Shown here piece by piece: positions 8,516-17,284 of a stretch of 32,000 nucleotides of DNA. Within the stretch, counting starts at the first letter, position 1. Every line of letters starts with the position of its first letter. The notes beneath the pieces are model-generated. The model worked only from the letters and a program-made list of their open reading frames with translations. It was not told where the DNA came from and made no database searches. The stretch lies in sequence record JPID01000014.1; one strand, 5' to 3'. The translations under genes were made by a program, and so were the position numbers.

Positions 8516-8624
8516 ATGGACTATACGATGTTTTTTGATTTGATGCTCGAGTATGGCCAGTATCGTATGACCATAGATCAAACCGTGACAAATGGCTGAA
8601 ATACGTCTCTCTATTCATGTCTAT

Positions 8625-8637
8625 CATATAGAGAAAC
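8625..8637 (+). promoter_or_regulatory. promoter-like motif catatagagaaac upstream of the trnN-cob block
   Basis: ctatcatatagagaaac resembles the dicot mitochondrial promoter ATATCATAAGAGAAG, recalled from memory. It lies in the divergent atp6/trnN spacer. The opposite strand carries aatagagagac (revcomp of gtctctctatt, 8606-8616), pointing at atp6. Confidence 0.3.
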
Positions 8638-8801
8638 ACAGGACATTCTCACCCAGAAATGCTCCATATTTCTCGCCTCTCTTGTCTATTGTATGGTGGT
8701 GGTGTATCCACAAGAATCCACCCAAAACACATAGAGATCAATCCCGCTGTGTCAACTCATGTGTATCACGCATTGGACATATGAGTATATTGCAGGGTAT
8801 A

Positions 8802-8873
8802 TCTCCAGTAGCTCAGTGGCAGAGCATGTGGCTGTTAACCATATGGTCGCTGGTTCAAATCCAGCCTGGGGAG
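8802..8873 (+). tRNA. trnN: tRNA-Asn(GUU)
   Basis: Acceptor TCTCCAG/CTGGGGA, anticodon arm TGTGG-CTGTTAA-CCATA, T arm GCTGG-TTCAAAT-CCAGC. Confidence 0.87.
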
Positions 8874-8901
8874 ACCCTTGAGAAAACATATCAATCTCTT
8901 T

Positions 8902-10077
8902 ATGAAGCGCGTATCTATGATGAAACAACCGCTTTTATCCATTGTCAACGATCATGTATCAGATTATCCATCTCCAAGTAATTTAAATTATTTTTGGAGC
9001 TTTGGAAGCATTGCTGGTATTTGTCTTGTGGTACAAATTGCTACAGGTATTTTTCTTGCCATGCACTATACACCCCACGTGGATCTTGCTTTTGCAAGTG
9101 TAGAACACATTATGCGTGATGTGGAAGGCGGATGGTTTTTACGCTATATGCATGCCAATGGCGCCAGTATGTTTTTTATTGTGGTCTATTTACATATGTT
9201 TCGTGGTCTCTACTATGGAAGCTATGCTCAACCACGTGAATTATTATGGTGTATTGGTGTTGTTATTTTATTACTCATGATTATTACCGCCTTTATTGGA
9301 TATGTACTTCCATGGGGGCAAATGAGTTTTTGGGGAGCCACAGTGATTACCAGTCTTGCAAGTGCGATTCCTGTGGTTGGTGATAGTATTGTGACATGGT
9401 TATGGGGTGGATTTTCCATTGATAATGCTACATTAAATCGATTTTTTAGTCTTCACTATTTATTACCCTTTATTATTGCTGGAGCGAGTGTGGTCCATCT
9501 TGCAGCACTTCATCAATATGGATCAAATAATCCACTTGGTACAAATAGTGCTGTGGATAAACTCAGTCTGTATCCCTATTTTTATGTCAAAGATCTTGTA
9601 GCATGGGTGGTGTTTGCCATGGTGTTTTCTATCTTTGTGTATTTTTACCCAAATACATTAGGACATCCAGATAATTATATTCCAGCCAATCCTATGTCAA
9701 CACCGGCTCATATTGTACCAGAATGGTATTTTTTATGGGTCTATGCTATTTTACGTAGTATTCCCAATAAATTAGGTGGTGTTGCAGCCATTGCTCTGGT
9801 GTTTATTTCACTCCTTCTTTTACCATTTATGAATACCTCACCAATTCGTAGCAGCAACTTTCGTCCACTCTATAAACGTCTCTACTGGCTTTTAGTGGCT
9901 GATGTTGTGATGCTCAGTTGGCTGGGACAACAACCAGTAGAAGATCCCTATATTACCCTAGGACAACTGGGAAGTGTCTATTTCTTTATCTATTTTTTAG
10001 TATGTATTCCACTTTTAGGCCGTGTAGAACATGCACTACTGACCTATAAGACATCAAACACAACCATGTCGTATTAA
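8902..10077 (+). CDS. cob: apocytochrome b
   Basis: Conserved [19 protein letters not shown] and WGATVITSL. The ORF-track start at 8878 is a TTG. The first ATG, at 8902, gives [12 protein letters not shown], which matches the usual N-terminal length. ATGs at 8917 and 8920 are alternatives. Confidence 0.95.
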   Translation: MKRVSMMKQPLLSIVNDHVSDYPSPSNLNYFWSFGSIAGICLVVQIATGIFLAMHYTPHVDLAFASVEHIMRDVEGGWFLRYMHANGASMFFIVVYLHMFRGLYYGSYAQPRELLWCIGVVILLLMIITAFIGYVLPWGQMSFWGATVITSLASAIPVVGDSIVTWLWGGFSIDNATLNRFFSLHYLLPFIIAGASVVHLAALHQYGSNNPLGTNSAVDKLSLYPYFYVKDLVAWVVFAMVFSIFVYFYPNTLGHPDNYIPANPMSTPAHIVPEWYFLWVYAILRSIPNKLGGVAAIALVFISLLLLPFMNTSPIRSSNFRPLYKRLYWLLVADVVMLSWLGQQPVEDPYITLGQLGSVYFFIYFLVCIPLLGRVEHALLTYKTSNTTMSY

Positions 10078-10157
10078 AGAGACATGGTCTATGTACAAAG
10101 AGTACATTGATACATATGTCAATGACATCTATTGTATCCATGTATGTCTATGTGCAC

Positions 10158-10188
10158 ATGTATTCTTATTCTTGTTGTAAGAATACAT
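10158..10188. other. hairpin (11-bp stem atgtattctta/taagaatacat, 9-nt loop) between cob and trnD
   Basis: Perfect inverted repeat read directly from the sequence. It ends 2 nt before the trnD 5' end. Confidence 0.8.
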
Positions 10189-10190
10189 CA

Positions 10191-10264
10191 GAGGACATAG
10201 CTTAGTTGGTCAGAGTATTGGCCTGTCACGCCAAAGGTCGCGGGTTCGAGCCCCGTTGTCCTCG
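10191..10264 (+). tRNA. trnD: tRNA-Asp(GUC)
   Basis: Acceptor GAGGACA/TGTCCTC, anticodon arm TTGGC-CTGTCAC-GCCAA, T arm GCGGG-TTCGAGC-CCCGT. Confidence 0.88.
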
Positions 10265-10284
10265 ATGAAATACAAAATATATAT

Positions 10285-10638
10285 ATGCAAGAATTTCTAG
10301 GTATTTTTCTGTATTTTGCCATTGCCACAGCATTGGCAAGTGTGTTAGCAGGTGTATCCTATATCTTTAGTACACAACGGCCTGATGCGGAAAAAATTTC
10401 CGCATACGAATGTGGGTTTGATCCCTTTGATGATTCACGTGGTCAATTTGATGTTCAATTTTATCTTGTGGCCATTTTATTTATTATTTTTGATCTTGAA
10501 GTGACATTTCTTTTTCCATGGACAGTGGTTCTTGGAGAAATTGGTGGCGTTGGTTTTACATCCATGATGGTATTCCTTGGTGTGCTCACAGTGGGCTTTG
10601 TGTATGAATGGCGTAAAGGAGCACTTGATTGGTCCTAA
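10285..10638 (+). CDS. nad3: NADH dehydrogenase subunit 3
   Basis: 117-aa ORF with YECGFDPFDDSRGQFDVQFYLVAILFIIFDLEVTFLFPW. Confidence 0.95.
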   Translation: MQEFLGIFLYFAIATALASVLAGVSYIFSTQRPDAEKISAYECGFDPFDDSRGQFDVQFYLVAILFIIFDLEVTFLFPWTVVLGEIGGVGFTSMMVFLGVLTVGFVYEWRKGALDWS

Positions 10639-10705
10639 AGAGTGCTCTAGAAACATGCCTGATTGTGTATCTATGTCGACACCATGTCACGAGAGACACG
10701 AGTAT

Positions 10706-10778
10706 GGGTATGTAGCTCAGTTGGTAGAGCACCGGGCTTTTAACCTGATGGTCGTGGGTTCAAGTCCCCCCATACCCA
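10706..10778 (+). tRNA. trnK: tRNA-Lys(UUU)
   Basis: Acceptor GGGTATG/CATACCC, anticodon arm CGGGC-TTTTAAC-CTGAT. The T stem has one U50:C64 mismatch. Confidence 0.85.
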
Positions 10779-10784
10779 CAGGCT

Positions 10785-10858
10785 GGCGGAGAAGAGAAAA
10801 TGGTTGTCTCGTCAGGCTCATAATCTGAAGATTGTAGGTTCGAGTCCTACCTCCGCTC
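10785..10858 (+). tRNA. trnM: tRNA-Met(CAU), initiator-like
   Basis: Acceptor GGCGGAG/CTCCGCT (G1:U72), anticodon arm TCAGG-CTCATAA-TCTGA, T arm GTAGG-TTCGAGT-CCTAC. It resembles the plant mitochondrial tRNA-fMet as I remember it. The subtype (fMet, Met or Ile-lysidine) is not resolved. Confidence 0.75.
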
Positions 10859-10989
10859 CAACACCTCTCTTTGAGATGATATATATATTTCGTGATACTC
10901 TCTCTAGTATGCATACAACACATGATACGTGCTCTAGCATATGTATATCGACAAGAGAGTGTCTGCTGGATTTTTAAAAACACCTTTTT

Positions 10990-11670
10990 ATGACACATTG
11001 GACATGGTTACCAAGTAGTGTATGGCAACACTCGCGACAAGGTATTGCTCGACATCGTGGATGGCATCCCAGCACAACATCCCTCGTATACGGTGAACGG
11101 GACGGTATGGTGGTATCTACATCACCTCAATATCGTCGTGGTGTTCTACGTGCAGCTCGTGTGCTGTATGATATTATTCAACAAGGTGGTCACGTCTGGG
11201 TTGTGAATACATCACCTCAGTGTGCTTTTGTGGTTCAAGGACTCTCTCACATGCATCGTGAGTCTGTTAGTTATAGTAGTCATGCATGGACCCCTGGTAC
11301 CCTGACAAACTGGTCTAGTGTGTCTCGTTCGGTATTATCCTATGGTATGTTTGAACATCGTTGTTCCACACGAGTATCTCAAGATCTTCTTGAATTTCCT
11401 CGATACCGTCGTGTTCGTCGTCATTTTCAAGGTCTTATTTCATCACAGGGTGTTCCATCACCTCGACCAGATATTCTTATTCTTTTGAATCCAGGGGATA
11501 CACCCTATATTGTGGATGAGGCAGCACGCATGCATATTCCCGTGATTGGTTTTGTTGAATCAGATACACCATGTACACATATTCACTATCCAATTCCTGT
11601 ATCTATGGGACATGTATCTCAAATCTATCACACTCTTGTGCTATTACTTGGTATGTGTTCGCGGAAATAG
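10990..11670 (+). CDS. rps2: ribosomal protein S2, divergent
   Basis: 226-aa ORF. WTPGTLTNW and PDILILLNPGDTPYIVDEAARMHIPVIGFVESDT match the S2 signatures GGxLTN and PDxxxxxDxxxExxAxxEAxxLxIPxxxxxDT. The last 10 nt overlap trnG(GCC). Confidence 0.85.
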   Translation: MTHWTWLPSSVWQHSRQGIARHRGWHPSTTSLVYGERDGMVVSTSPQYRRGVLRAARVLYDIIQQGGHVWVVNTSPQCAFVVQGLSHMHRESVSYSSHAWTPGTLTNWSSVSRSVLSYGMFEHRCSTRVSQDLLEFPRYRRVRRHFQGLISSQGVPSPRPDILILLNPGDTPYIVDEAARMHIPVIGFVESDTPCTHIHYPIPVSMGHVSQIYHTLVLLLGMCSRK

Positions 11671-11732
11671 CTCAGTGGTAGAGCGCTGCCTTGCCAAGGC
11701 CGAGGTCGAGGGTTCAAATCCCTTTTTCCGCT
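11661..11732 (+). tRNA. trnG: tRNA-Gly(GCC)
   Basis: Acceptor GCGGAAA/TTTCCGC, anticodon arm CTGCC-TTGCCAA-GGCCG, T loop TTCAAAT. Its 5' end overlaps the rps2 stop (TAG at 11668-11670). Confidence 0.87.
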
Positions 11733-11779
11733 GATATCGTCTATCTATGTATCTCTTGTTCAAAAACACAACGTGTTGT

Positions 11780-12091
11780 ATGTCTCGTACTCGTTCCGCT
11801 TGTATGAATCGTGATCTTGCTCGTCGACGCTTGTATAAAGAGTATGAAATTCGCCGACGTGCTCTTATGGTGTTGTATCACGATCAACATCTCAACCCAC
11901 ACCAACGAAGTTGCGTGATGCAAGCTCTTCATGATATAGCACGAAGTACATCACTCACACGTACTCATCGTCGATGCATTGTCTCTGGTCGAAGTCGTGG
12001 TGTGGTACGTCGATATCGTGTCTCTCGACTTGTATTTCGACGTCTTGCTGCTCAAGGACGTCTTCCAGGTGTGTATAAAGCTAGTTGGTAA
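11780..12091 (+). CDS. rps14: ribosomal protein S14
   Basis: The C-terminus RRCIVSGRSRGVVRRYRVSRLVFRRLAAQGRLPGVYKASW is canonical S14. The start is placed at the ATG giving MSRTRSA... (103 aa). The ORF track begins at 11747. Confidence 0.9.
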   Translation: MSRTRSACMNRDLARRRLYKEYEIRRRALMVLYHDQHLNPHQRSCVMQALHDIARSTSLTRTHRRCIVSGRSRGVVRRYRVSRLVFRRLAAQGRLPGVYKASW

Positions 12092-12103
12092 TTCTATGTC
12101 TAG

Positions 12104-12177
12104 GGTGAATATAACTTAGTCGGTCAAAGTGTCAGACTGTGACTCTGAAAACACGGGTTCAAATCCCGTTATTCGCC
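12104..12177 (+). tRNA. trnH: tRNA-His(GUG) with genomically encoded G-1
   Basis: G-1 followed by acceptor GTGAATA/TATTCGC and discriminator C. Anticodon arm TCAGA-CTGTGAC-TCTGA. Confidence 0.86.
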
Positions 12178-12253
12178 CATGGGTATCGACAGTATCAACA
12201 CATCATGATGAAACACGATGTTTTTGCCATAGTTGATCTCTTGACTCTGGTAT

Positions 12254-12324
12254 GCGGGTATGGATTAATGGTAAATTGTCTGCCTTCCAAGCAGCTGATA
12301 TGGGTTCGATTCCCATTACCCGCT
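12254..12324 (+). tRNA. trnG: tRNA-Gly(UCC)
   Basis: Acceptor GCGGGTA/TACCCGC, anticodon loop CTTCCAA, T arm ATGGG-TTCGATT-CCCAT. Confidence 0.86.
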
Positions 12325-12381
12325 TGTATAGCTGTGATACCACACACATGCTATACGTCAAGCGTTGATCTATATCATAAG

Positions 12382-12455
12382 CAGGGTGTAGCGCAGTTTG
12401 GTAGCGCGCCTGTTTTGGGAACAGGAGGTCGTAGGTTCAAATCCTGCCACCCTGA
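12382..12455 (+). tRNA. trnP: tRNA-Pro(UGG)
   Basis: Acceptor CAGGGTG/CACCCTG, anticodon arm CCTGT-TTTGGGA-ACAGG. Confidence 0.88.
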
Positions 12456-12522
12456 GAGATTATATTGTTTATATATTAATAAAGCGTGTGTAATATATCT
12501 ACTGTACACAATGTTCTGTGGA

Positions 12523-12900
12523 TTATGTTCGTCGACGTCGAGGAACTCGGCATCCATTATGGGCAATTGGTGTTGTATCGTGAATACGAAGAATCTCCAT
12601 ACCCGATTGTGCAAGAGCACGAACACAGCTATCTTTTCCATAGCCAAGACCTTTGACACGAACATACACACGACGAATACCCATACCAAGGGCAATTGTT
12701 GCCATATATTCACCCACTGCTTGAGCACCATATGTGGTGGATTTTCGACTATGACGAAACCCCAAGCTACCTGCACTTGTCCATGCGAGTGTATGACCAG
12801 AGGTATCAGCAAGTGTCACTATAGTATTATTACTTGTTGATTGAATAGTCATAATACCAGGTGCTCGAGCTGGCCGCGCAAATTTGTCTGATTGGTACAT
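12523..12900 (-). CDS. rps11: ribosomal protein S11
   Basis: NNTIVTLADTSGHTLAWTSAGSLGFRHSRKSTTYGAQAV...VRVKGLGYGKDSCVRALAQSGMEILRIHDTTPIAHNGCRVPRRRR is canonical S11. The start is placed at the internal ATG at 12900 (125 aa). The ORF track extends to 12951. Confidence 0.9.
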   Translation of the reverse strand: MYQSDKFARPARAPGIMTIQSTSNNTIVTLADTSGHTLAWTSAGSLGFRHSRKSTTYGAQAVGEYMATIALGMGIRRVYVRVKGLGYGKDSCVRALAQSGMEILRIHDTTPIAHNGCRVPRRRRT

Positions 12901-13053
12901 AAATAGTATGTATATTTTTATAGCTTTGATATAGATGTGTGTAGTATACACAGAATATACATATCAAGTATATATACGATGTAAACATGTGTTGAATCGT
13001 CCATAGACTACAAGAACAGTATAGAACACTCTAGCGTGTTCCATACTTATGTA

Positions 13054-13134
13054 CGTGACGTTGCTGTAACACGTGGACTATGTCACGTTGTTGTAACACG
13101 TGGACTATGTCACGTTGTTGTAACACGTGGACTA
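13054..13134. repeat. tandem array of 3 copies of the 27-nt unit tgtcacgttgttgtaacacgtggacta
   Basis: Perfect copies at 13081-13107 and 13108-13134. A 2-mismatch copy is at 13054-13080. The copy nearest rps13 encodes its last 7 codons plus the TGA stop (SPRVTTT*). Confidence 0.95.
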
Positions 13135-13469
13135 CGTCGTCGACTTCGTGCATTCGTATGAGTTCGTTGTCCTCGAACTGGAAGATGAGCAACATGACGA
13201 AATCCACGATACGTTCCCATAGCAATAAGACGACGAATAGCTTGTACGCGACGTCGATATGTGTCTTGACCTGTATGATAGTAGGTAGATACAAGTTGTT
13301 GCATGTGTTCCCAATCATGTTGGGAAATTTCACATACTCGCATTTGTGTTGAAAACCCCATTTCATCACAGATTTGAGATGCTTGATACATACCAATCCC
13401 AGGAATATCTTGAAGAGCTTGTGTGACCAAAACAGATGGAGATACATATCGTTGAAAAAGATATGCCAT
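13110..13469 (-). CDS. rps13: ribosomal protein S13
   Basis: ALQDIPGIGMYQASQICDEMGF and YRGFRHVAHLPVRGQRTHTNARSRR are canonical S13. The ORF-track start at 13478 is a TTG. The first ATG is at 13469. Confidence 0.9.
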   Translation of the reverse strand: MAYLFQRYVSPSVLVTQALQDIPGIGMYQASQICDEMGFSTQMRVCEISQHDWEHMQQLVSTYYHTGQDTYRRRVQAIRRLIAMGTYRGFRHVAHLPVRGQRTHTNARSRRRSPRVTTT

Positions 13470-13478
13470 ACAAATCAA

Positions 13479-14018
13479 TTATTTTCGTTTGCCTGTTTTA
13501 CGGCGATAGTGTACACCATGGGCATAGTAAATACCTTTAGATTGATAGGCTGACGGAGGTCGAAGATGGGTTAATGACGCTGCAATTTGTGTGATTTGGC
13601 CGCGATCAACACCAAACAGGACAATACATGTGGGATCGGGGGTATACACACGAATACCTTGAGGAAGACGATACATAATATCATGACTGGTCCCCACTTT
13701 AAGATAGATATACTCATCACGAACTTGAGCTCGATATCCAATACCTCGAAGATAGAGCATAACACTATGGCCACGAGTAATACCATGGATAATACTTGCA
13801 AGACGTCCACGCCATAAACCTACCAGGGCCGGTGTTGTGCCAATAATTGTTAGAGCATGTTCTGTATAGTGCCATGCAATACAACCATGGGGATCCATAT
13901 GAGCAATGTCTAGGGTTAGAGACCCCAATGGCCCATGAAATGTCCAACCACCATGATGACTTTGAAATGTCACGTGGGATGGTAAACATAGGGTATATGT
14001 TGATGTTGTACGTGCCAT
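13479..14018 (-). CDS. rpl6: ribosomal protein L6
   Basis: 179-aa ORF. LRGIGYRAQV...LKVGTSHDIMYRLPQGIRV...FGVDRGQITQIAASLTHLRPPSAYQSKGIYY fits L6. Confidence 0.85.
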   Translation of the reverse strand: MARTTSTYTLCLPSHVTFQSHHGGWTFHGPLGSLTLDIAHMDPHGCIAWHYTEHALTIIGTTPALVGLWRGRLASIIHGITRGHSVMLYLRGIGYRAQVRDEYIYLKVGTSHDIMYRLPQGIRVYTPDPTCIVLFGVDRGQITQIAASLTHLRPPSAYQSKGIYYAHGVHYRRKTGKRK

Positions 14019-14025
14019 GGATATA

Positions 14026-14559
14026 TTACATTTTTACAGGAATGGCAAGTCCACTCCACAAACATGCTGCCAATGCGGGAGATGTGGGAGAACATACAAA
14101 ACTCATATCAAGGCCTTGAACACCAGGAATATATTCCCATAAATATTCCACTTCAGGGTACATAAAAACATCACGACATCCAATGCTCCAATGACCGAGA
14201 GTATTCATGGATGTCATAGAGAGACCTTGGTAATCTCGATGTCGAGTCCAAGCCATATGGACTACTTTATGCATAAAATTCCACATTATGTCATGACGTA
14301 ATGTAACACGGCATCCTAAAACTTGGTCTTGGCGAAGTCGAAATCCTGCCATTGCAGTACGAGCTCGGGTCCATTGAGGACATTGACCAGTAATAGATGT
14401 CACCAGGGCACCACTCGCTACAACATGGTCTACTTGAGTTCCTGGTGTTGTATGCACATGAATACTTTGTGGGTAGGGTGTTGTATGAGGGGTATATGTA
14501 TATCCTTTATACATCATATCCTGTGCCACAATAGTTGTATAATATGTTGCCGATGTCAT
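14026..14559 (-). CDS. rpl5: ribosomal protein L5
   Basis: ITGQCPQWTRARTAMAGFRLRQDQVLGCRVTLRHDIMWNFMHKVV...RDYQGLS...GHWSIGCRDVFMYPEV fits L5. The ORF-track start at 14583 is a TTG. The ATG at 14559 gives MTSATYYTTIV, matching the usual L5 N-terminal spacing. Confidence 0.87.
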   Translation of the reverse strand: MTSATYYTTIVAQDMMYKGYTYTPHTTPYPQSIHVHTTPGTQVDHVVASGALVTSITGQCPQWTRARTAMAGFRLRQDQVLGCRVTLRHDIMWNFMHKVVHMAWTRHRDYQGLSMTSMNTLGHWSIGCRDVFMYPEVEYLWEYIPGVQGLDMSFVCSPTSPALAACLWSGLAIPVKM

Positions 14560-14653
14560 CCTTGATGTTTTTTTGTCCAACAATATGAGAGATGCTATGT
14601 CGCTCTATATGAGATGCACACCAGATCTATAGTCCAGTCTCTCCACATATCAT

Positions 14654-14725
14654 GTCCCCTTCGTCTAGTGGTTAGGACACTGCCTTTTCAAGGCAGGAAC
14701 ACGGGTTCAAACCCCGTAGGGGATA
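14654..14725 (+). tRNA. trnE: tRNA-Glu(UUC)
   Basis: Acceptor GTCCCCT/AGGGGAT, anticodon arm CTGCC-TTTTCAA-GGCAG, T arm ACGGG-TTCAAAC-CCCGT. Confidence 0.87.
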
Positions 14726-14782
14726 CAAGACCATATAGATCCTTGTCGTATGGTCGATGCCCTGATTTAGACTCAAAGATAG

Positions 14783-15019
<237 letters not shown>

Positions 15020-15063
15020 TGATATCAACAGAGATGCTATGCGTATCGTAGACGTATAGCATT

Positions 15064-15120
15064 GTCTCTAGAGATCTAGTCTCTAGAGATCTAGTCTCTA
15101 GAGATCTAGTCTCTAGAGTA
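15064..15120. repeat. tandem array of about 3.8 copies of the 15-nt unit gtctctagagatcta
   Basis: Perfect copies at 15064-15078, 15079-15093 and 15094-15108, then a partial copy to about 15120. Each unit holds the palindromes ctctagag and agatct. The array ends 2-3 nt before the 5S gene. Confidence 0.95.
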
Positions 15121-15122
15121 TG

Positions 15123-15241
15123 TTCAAGGGATTTTCTGAGATAGAGTGTGCTACACCCGAACCCAACTGACTTCGATATGTGACCCCACTCTATACTATA
15201 TGTACTGCATCCCGCGGGAGACGTAGGTAAAGTCCCTTGAC
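15123..15241 (+). rRNA. rrn5: 5S ribosomal RNA
   Basis: About 119 nt, closed by an 8-bp terminal helix (tcaaggga at 15124-15131, tcccttga at 15233-15240). Internal strings ACACCCGAACCCA..GACTTCGATATGTG, ATATGTACTG and CGGGAGAC match the land-plant mitochondrial 5S rRNA as I remember it. It sits immediately upstream of trnM and rnl. Confidence 0.72.
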
Positions 15242-15245
15242 ATAT

Positions 15246-15318
15246 GGCGGAATAGTTCAATTGGTAGAACATTGGAGTCATAATCCACAGGTTGGGGGTT
15301 CAAGTCCCTCTTTCGCTA
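15246..15318 (+). tRNA. tRNA with CAU anticodon (elongator Met or Ile-lysidine, unresolved)
   Basis: Acceptor GGCGGAA/TTTCGCT (G1:U72 and G5:U68), anticodon loop GTCATAA, T loop TTCAAGT. The discriminator A is followed by genomic CCA. Confidence 0.75.
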
Positions 15319-16945
15319 CCACGACACATATGAGAGGGCATATCGTGGATGCCTTGACATATTGCATGGGACGTACTCGACAACGAAACGCCATGGCGAG
15401 CTGTCATGATGCTGAGACCCATGGATTTCCCTGGAGAAAACTCCATTGATTTACATACACCCAGCCAACTGAAACATCTAAGTAGCTGGAGGAAAAGACA
15501 TCAACCGAGATTTCGTTAGTAGTGGTGAGCGAACGCGAAATAGGCCCTGTATACACATTATCCATAGAATGTGGACTAAATAGGTGGAATCCTATACCAA
15601 AGAGGGTGAGAGTCCCGTTGTTCATACATGAAACATTGGTATACAGTATATGAGTACCACGAACATCCGAGTTTGTGGGAATATAGGGGGACCACCCTCT
15701 AAGCCTAAATATTGCAATATGATCGATAGTATAGAGTACCGTGAGGGAAAGGTGAAAAAGTACCCCGAAAGGGGAGTGAAATAGATCCTGAAACGGTGTG
15801 CCTACAAGCAGTCGAAGCCCGCTATGTGTAGTGGGTGACGGCGTACCTTTTGCATAATGGGTCAGCGAGTAGATAGAGCGTGCACGCTTAAGCCAGTAGG
15901 TGGAGGCCTAGTCAACGCGAGTTGTCACACAACATAGACATGTACGTTCTATCTGACCCGAAACCAGGTGATCTCGTTATGTGCCGGTGGAAGATCTACT
16001 ATCCTAGATCAGAGGACCTCACTCACGTCTGTGGCAATAGACGGAGATGACATGTGACGAGGGGTGAAAAGCCAATCGAACCTGGAAATAGCTGGTTTTC
16101 TGCGAAATCTATTGAGGTAGAGCCCATTGTACGATGTATGGGGGGTAGAGCACTTTTTGGTGACAGGTGGCCCAAAGCTTGACTGTCTCCAGGAAAACTC
16201 CAAATACCCATACCATCATCAATGGAGACAGACACAGGGTGCAAAGGTCCTGTGTCGAGAGGGAAACAGCCCAGACCGAACGCTAAGGTTCCCAAACCAT
16301 ATCTGAGTGGGAAAGGAAGTTTTCACGCTTTGACAACCAGGAAGTAGGCTTGGAAGCAGCCACCTTATGATGATAGCGTAATAGCTCACTGGTCGATGCG
16401 TGAAAGCGCCAACAATGTCACGGAGCTCAAGATATGTACCGACGCGGCGGCTTATAGTCATGTATACCACAGTGTGGTATATCCATAGAAACTATAAGGG
16501 TAGCAGAACGTTCTGTATATTGTATGAAGGGGGTATGTGAATACCCCTGGAGATTTCAGAAGTGAGAATGCTGACATGAGTAACGACATATCCTGTGAAA
16601 ACCAGGATCGCCGAAAATTCCAGGGTTTCTACAGTACGGTATACGGTGTAGAGTCAATCGGCCCCTAAGGCAGCCGGTGAACACCGTGGGCTGATGGGTA
16701 GTATGCACTATGTGACGACATCGGGATGTCTAGATACTGTTTGTGGAACTCAATATCTAGACAGACCATGTCCAGGAAATAGCATAGTGCCATGCATATA
16801 ACCGTACCCCAAACCAACACAGGTGAATTGGTGTAAGTGCACTCAGGCGATGAGATACGTATATTGAAGGAACTCGGCAAATTGCCTCCGTACCTTTGGA
16901 ATATGGAGGACCATGCATATGCATGGTGGCACAGTATAGGGGGTA

Positions 16946-16976
<31 letters not shown>

Positions 16977-16992
16977 CAAGTGGTAACACGAC

Positions 16993-17023
<31 letters not shown>

Positions 17024-17284
17024 TACCGAACAGGACAGGTTCACGCTTGAAATCGAAGGTCCAGTAAACGGCGGCCGTAACTCTGACGGTCCTAAGGTAT
17101 CGTGTGATGTTCACAGATCAACGCAAGCCTTAGTAAAACCAAACTATATGCTGGAAACTCCTCCAAAACTTTTCAATACTCATATCAGTATGATATAGTA
17201 AAAATTTGAAAGACATGGGGACAATCAGCAGGAAAGACGTATAGAATCTATACGAATCCCCAGAGACGATACGTTTGGAAACAT

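Noticed and set aside
8878-8901. N-terminal extensions in the ORF track: cob from 8878, rpl5 from 14583, rps13 from 13478, atp4 from 30998, nad5 from 30250, atp6 from 8581, rps11 from 12951, rps3 from 21004, and rps14 from 11747
   Set aside because: Four of these track starts are TTG codons, not ATG. The others add non-conserved residues or overlap tRNA genes; nad5, for example, overlaps trnR(UCU). Internal ATGs reproduce the usual N-termini, so I re-anchored the starts. TTG initiation cannot be strictly excluded.
12139-12840. 233-aa + strand ORF
   Set aside because: It reads straight through trnH, trnG(UCC) and trnP and then runs antisense to rps11. It is an artefact of the stop-poor composition.
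13054-13134. CRISPR-like appearance of the repeat arrays (also 6792-6875, 15064-15120 and 17717-17758)
   Set aside because: The units are directly adjacent with no spacers. They are 14-27 nt long with at most about 5 copies, and the context is mitochondrial. They are simple tandem repeats.
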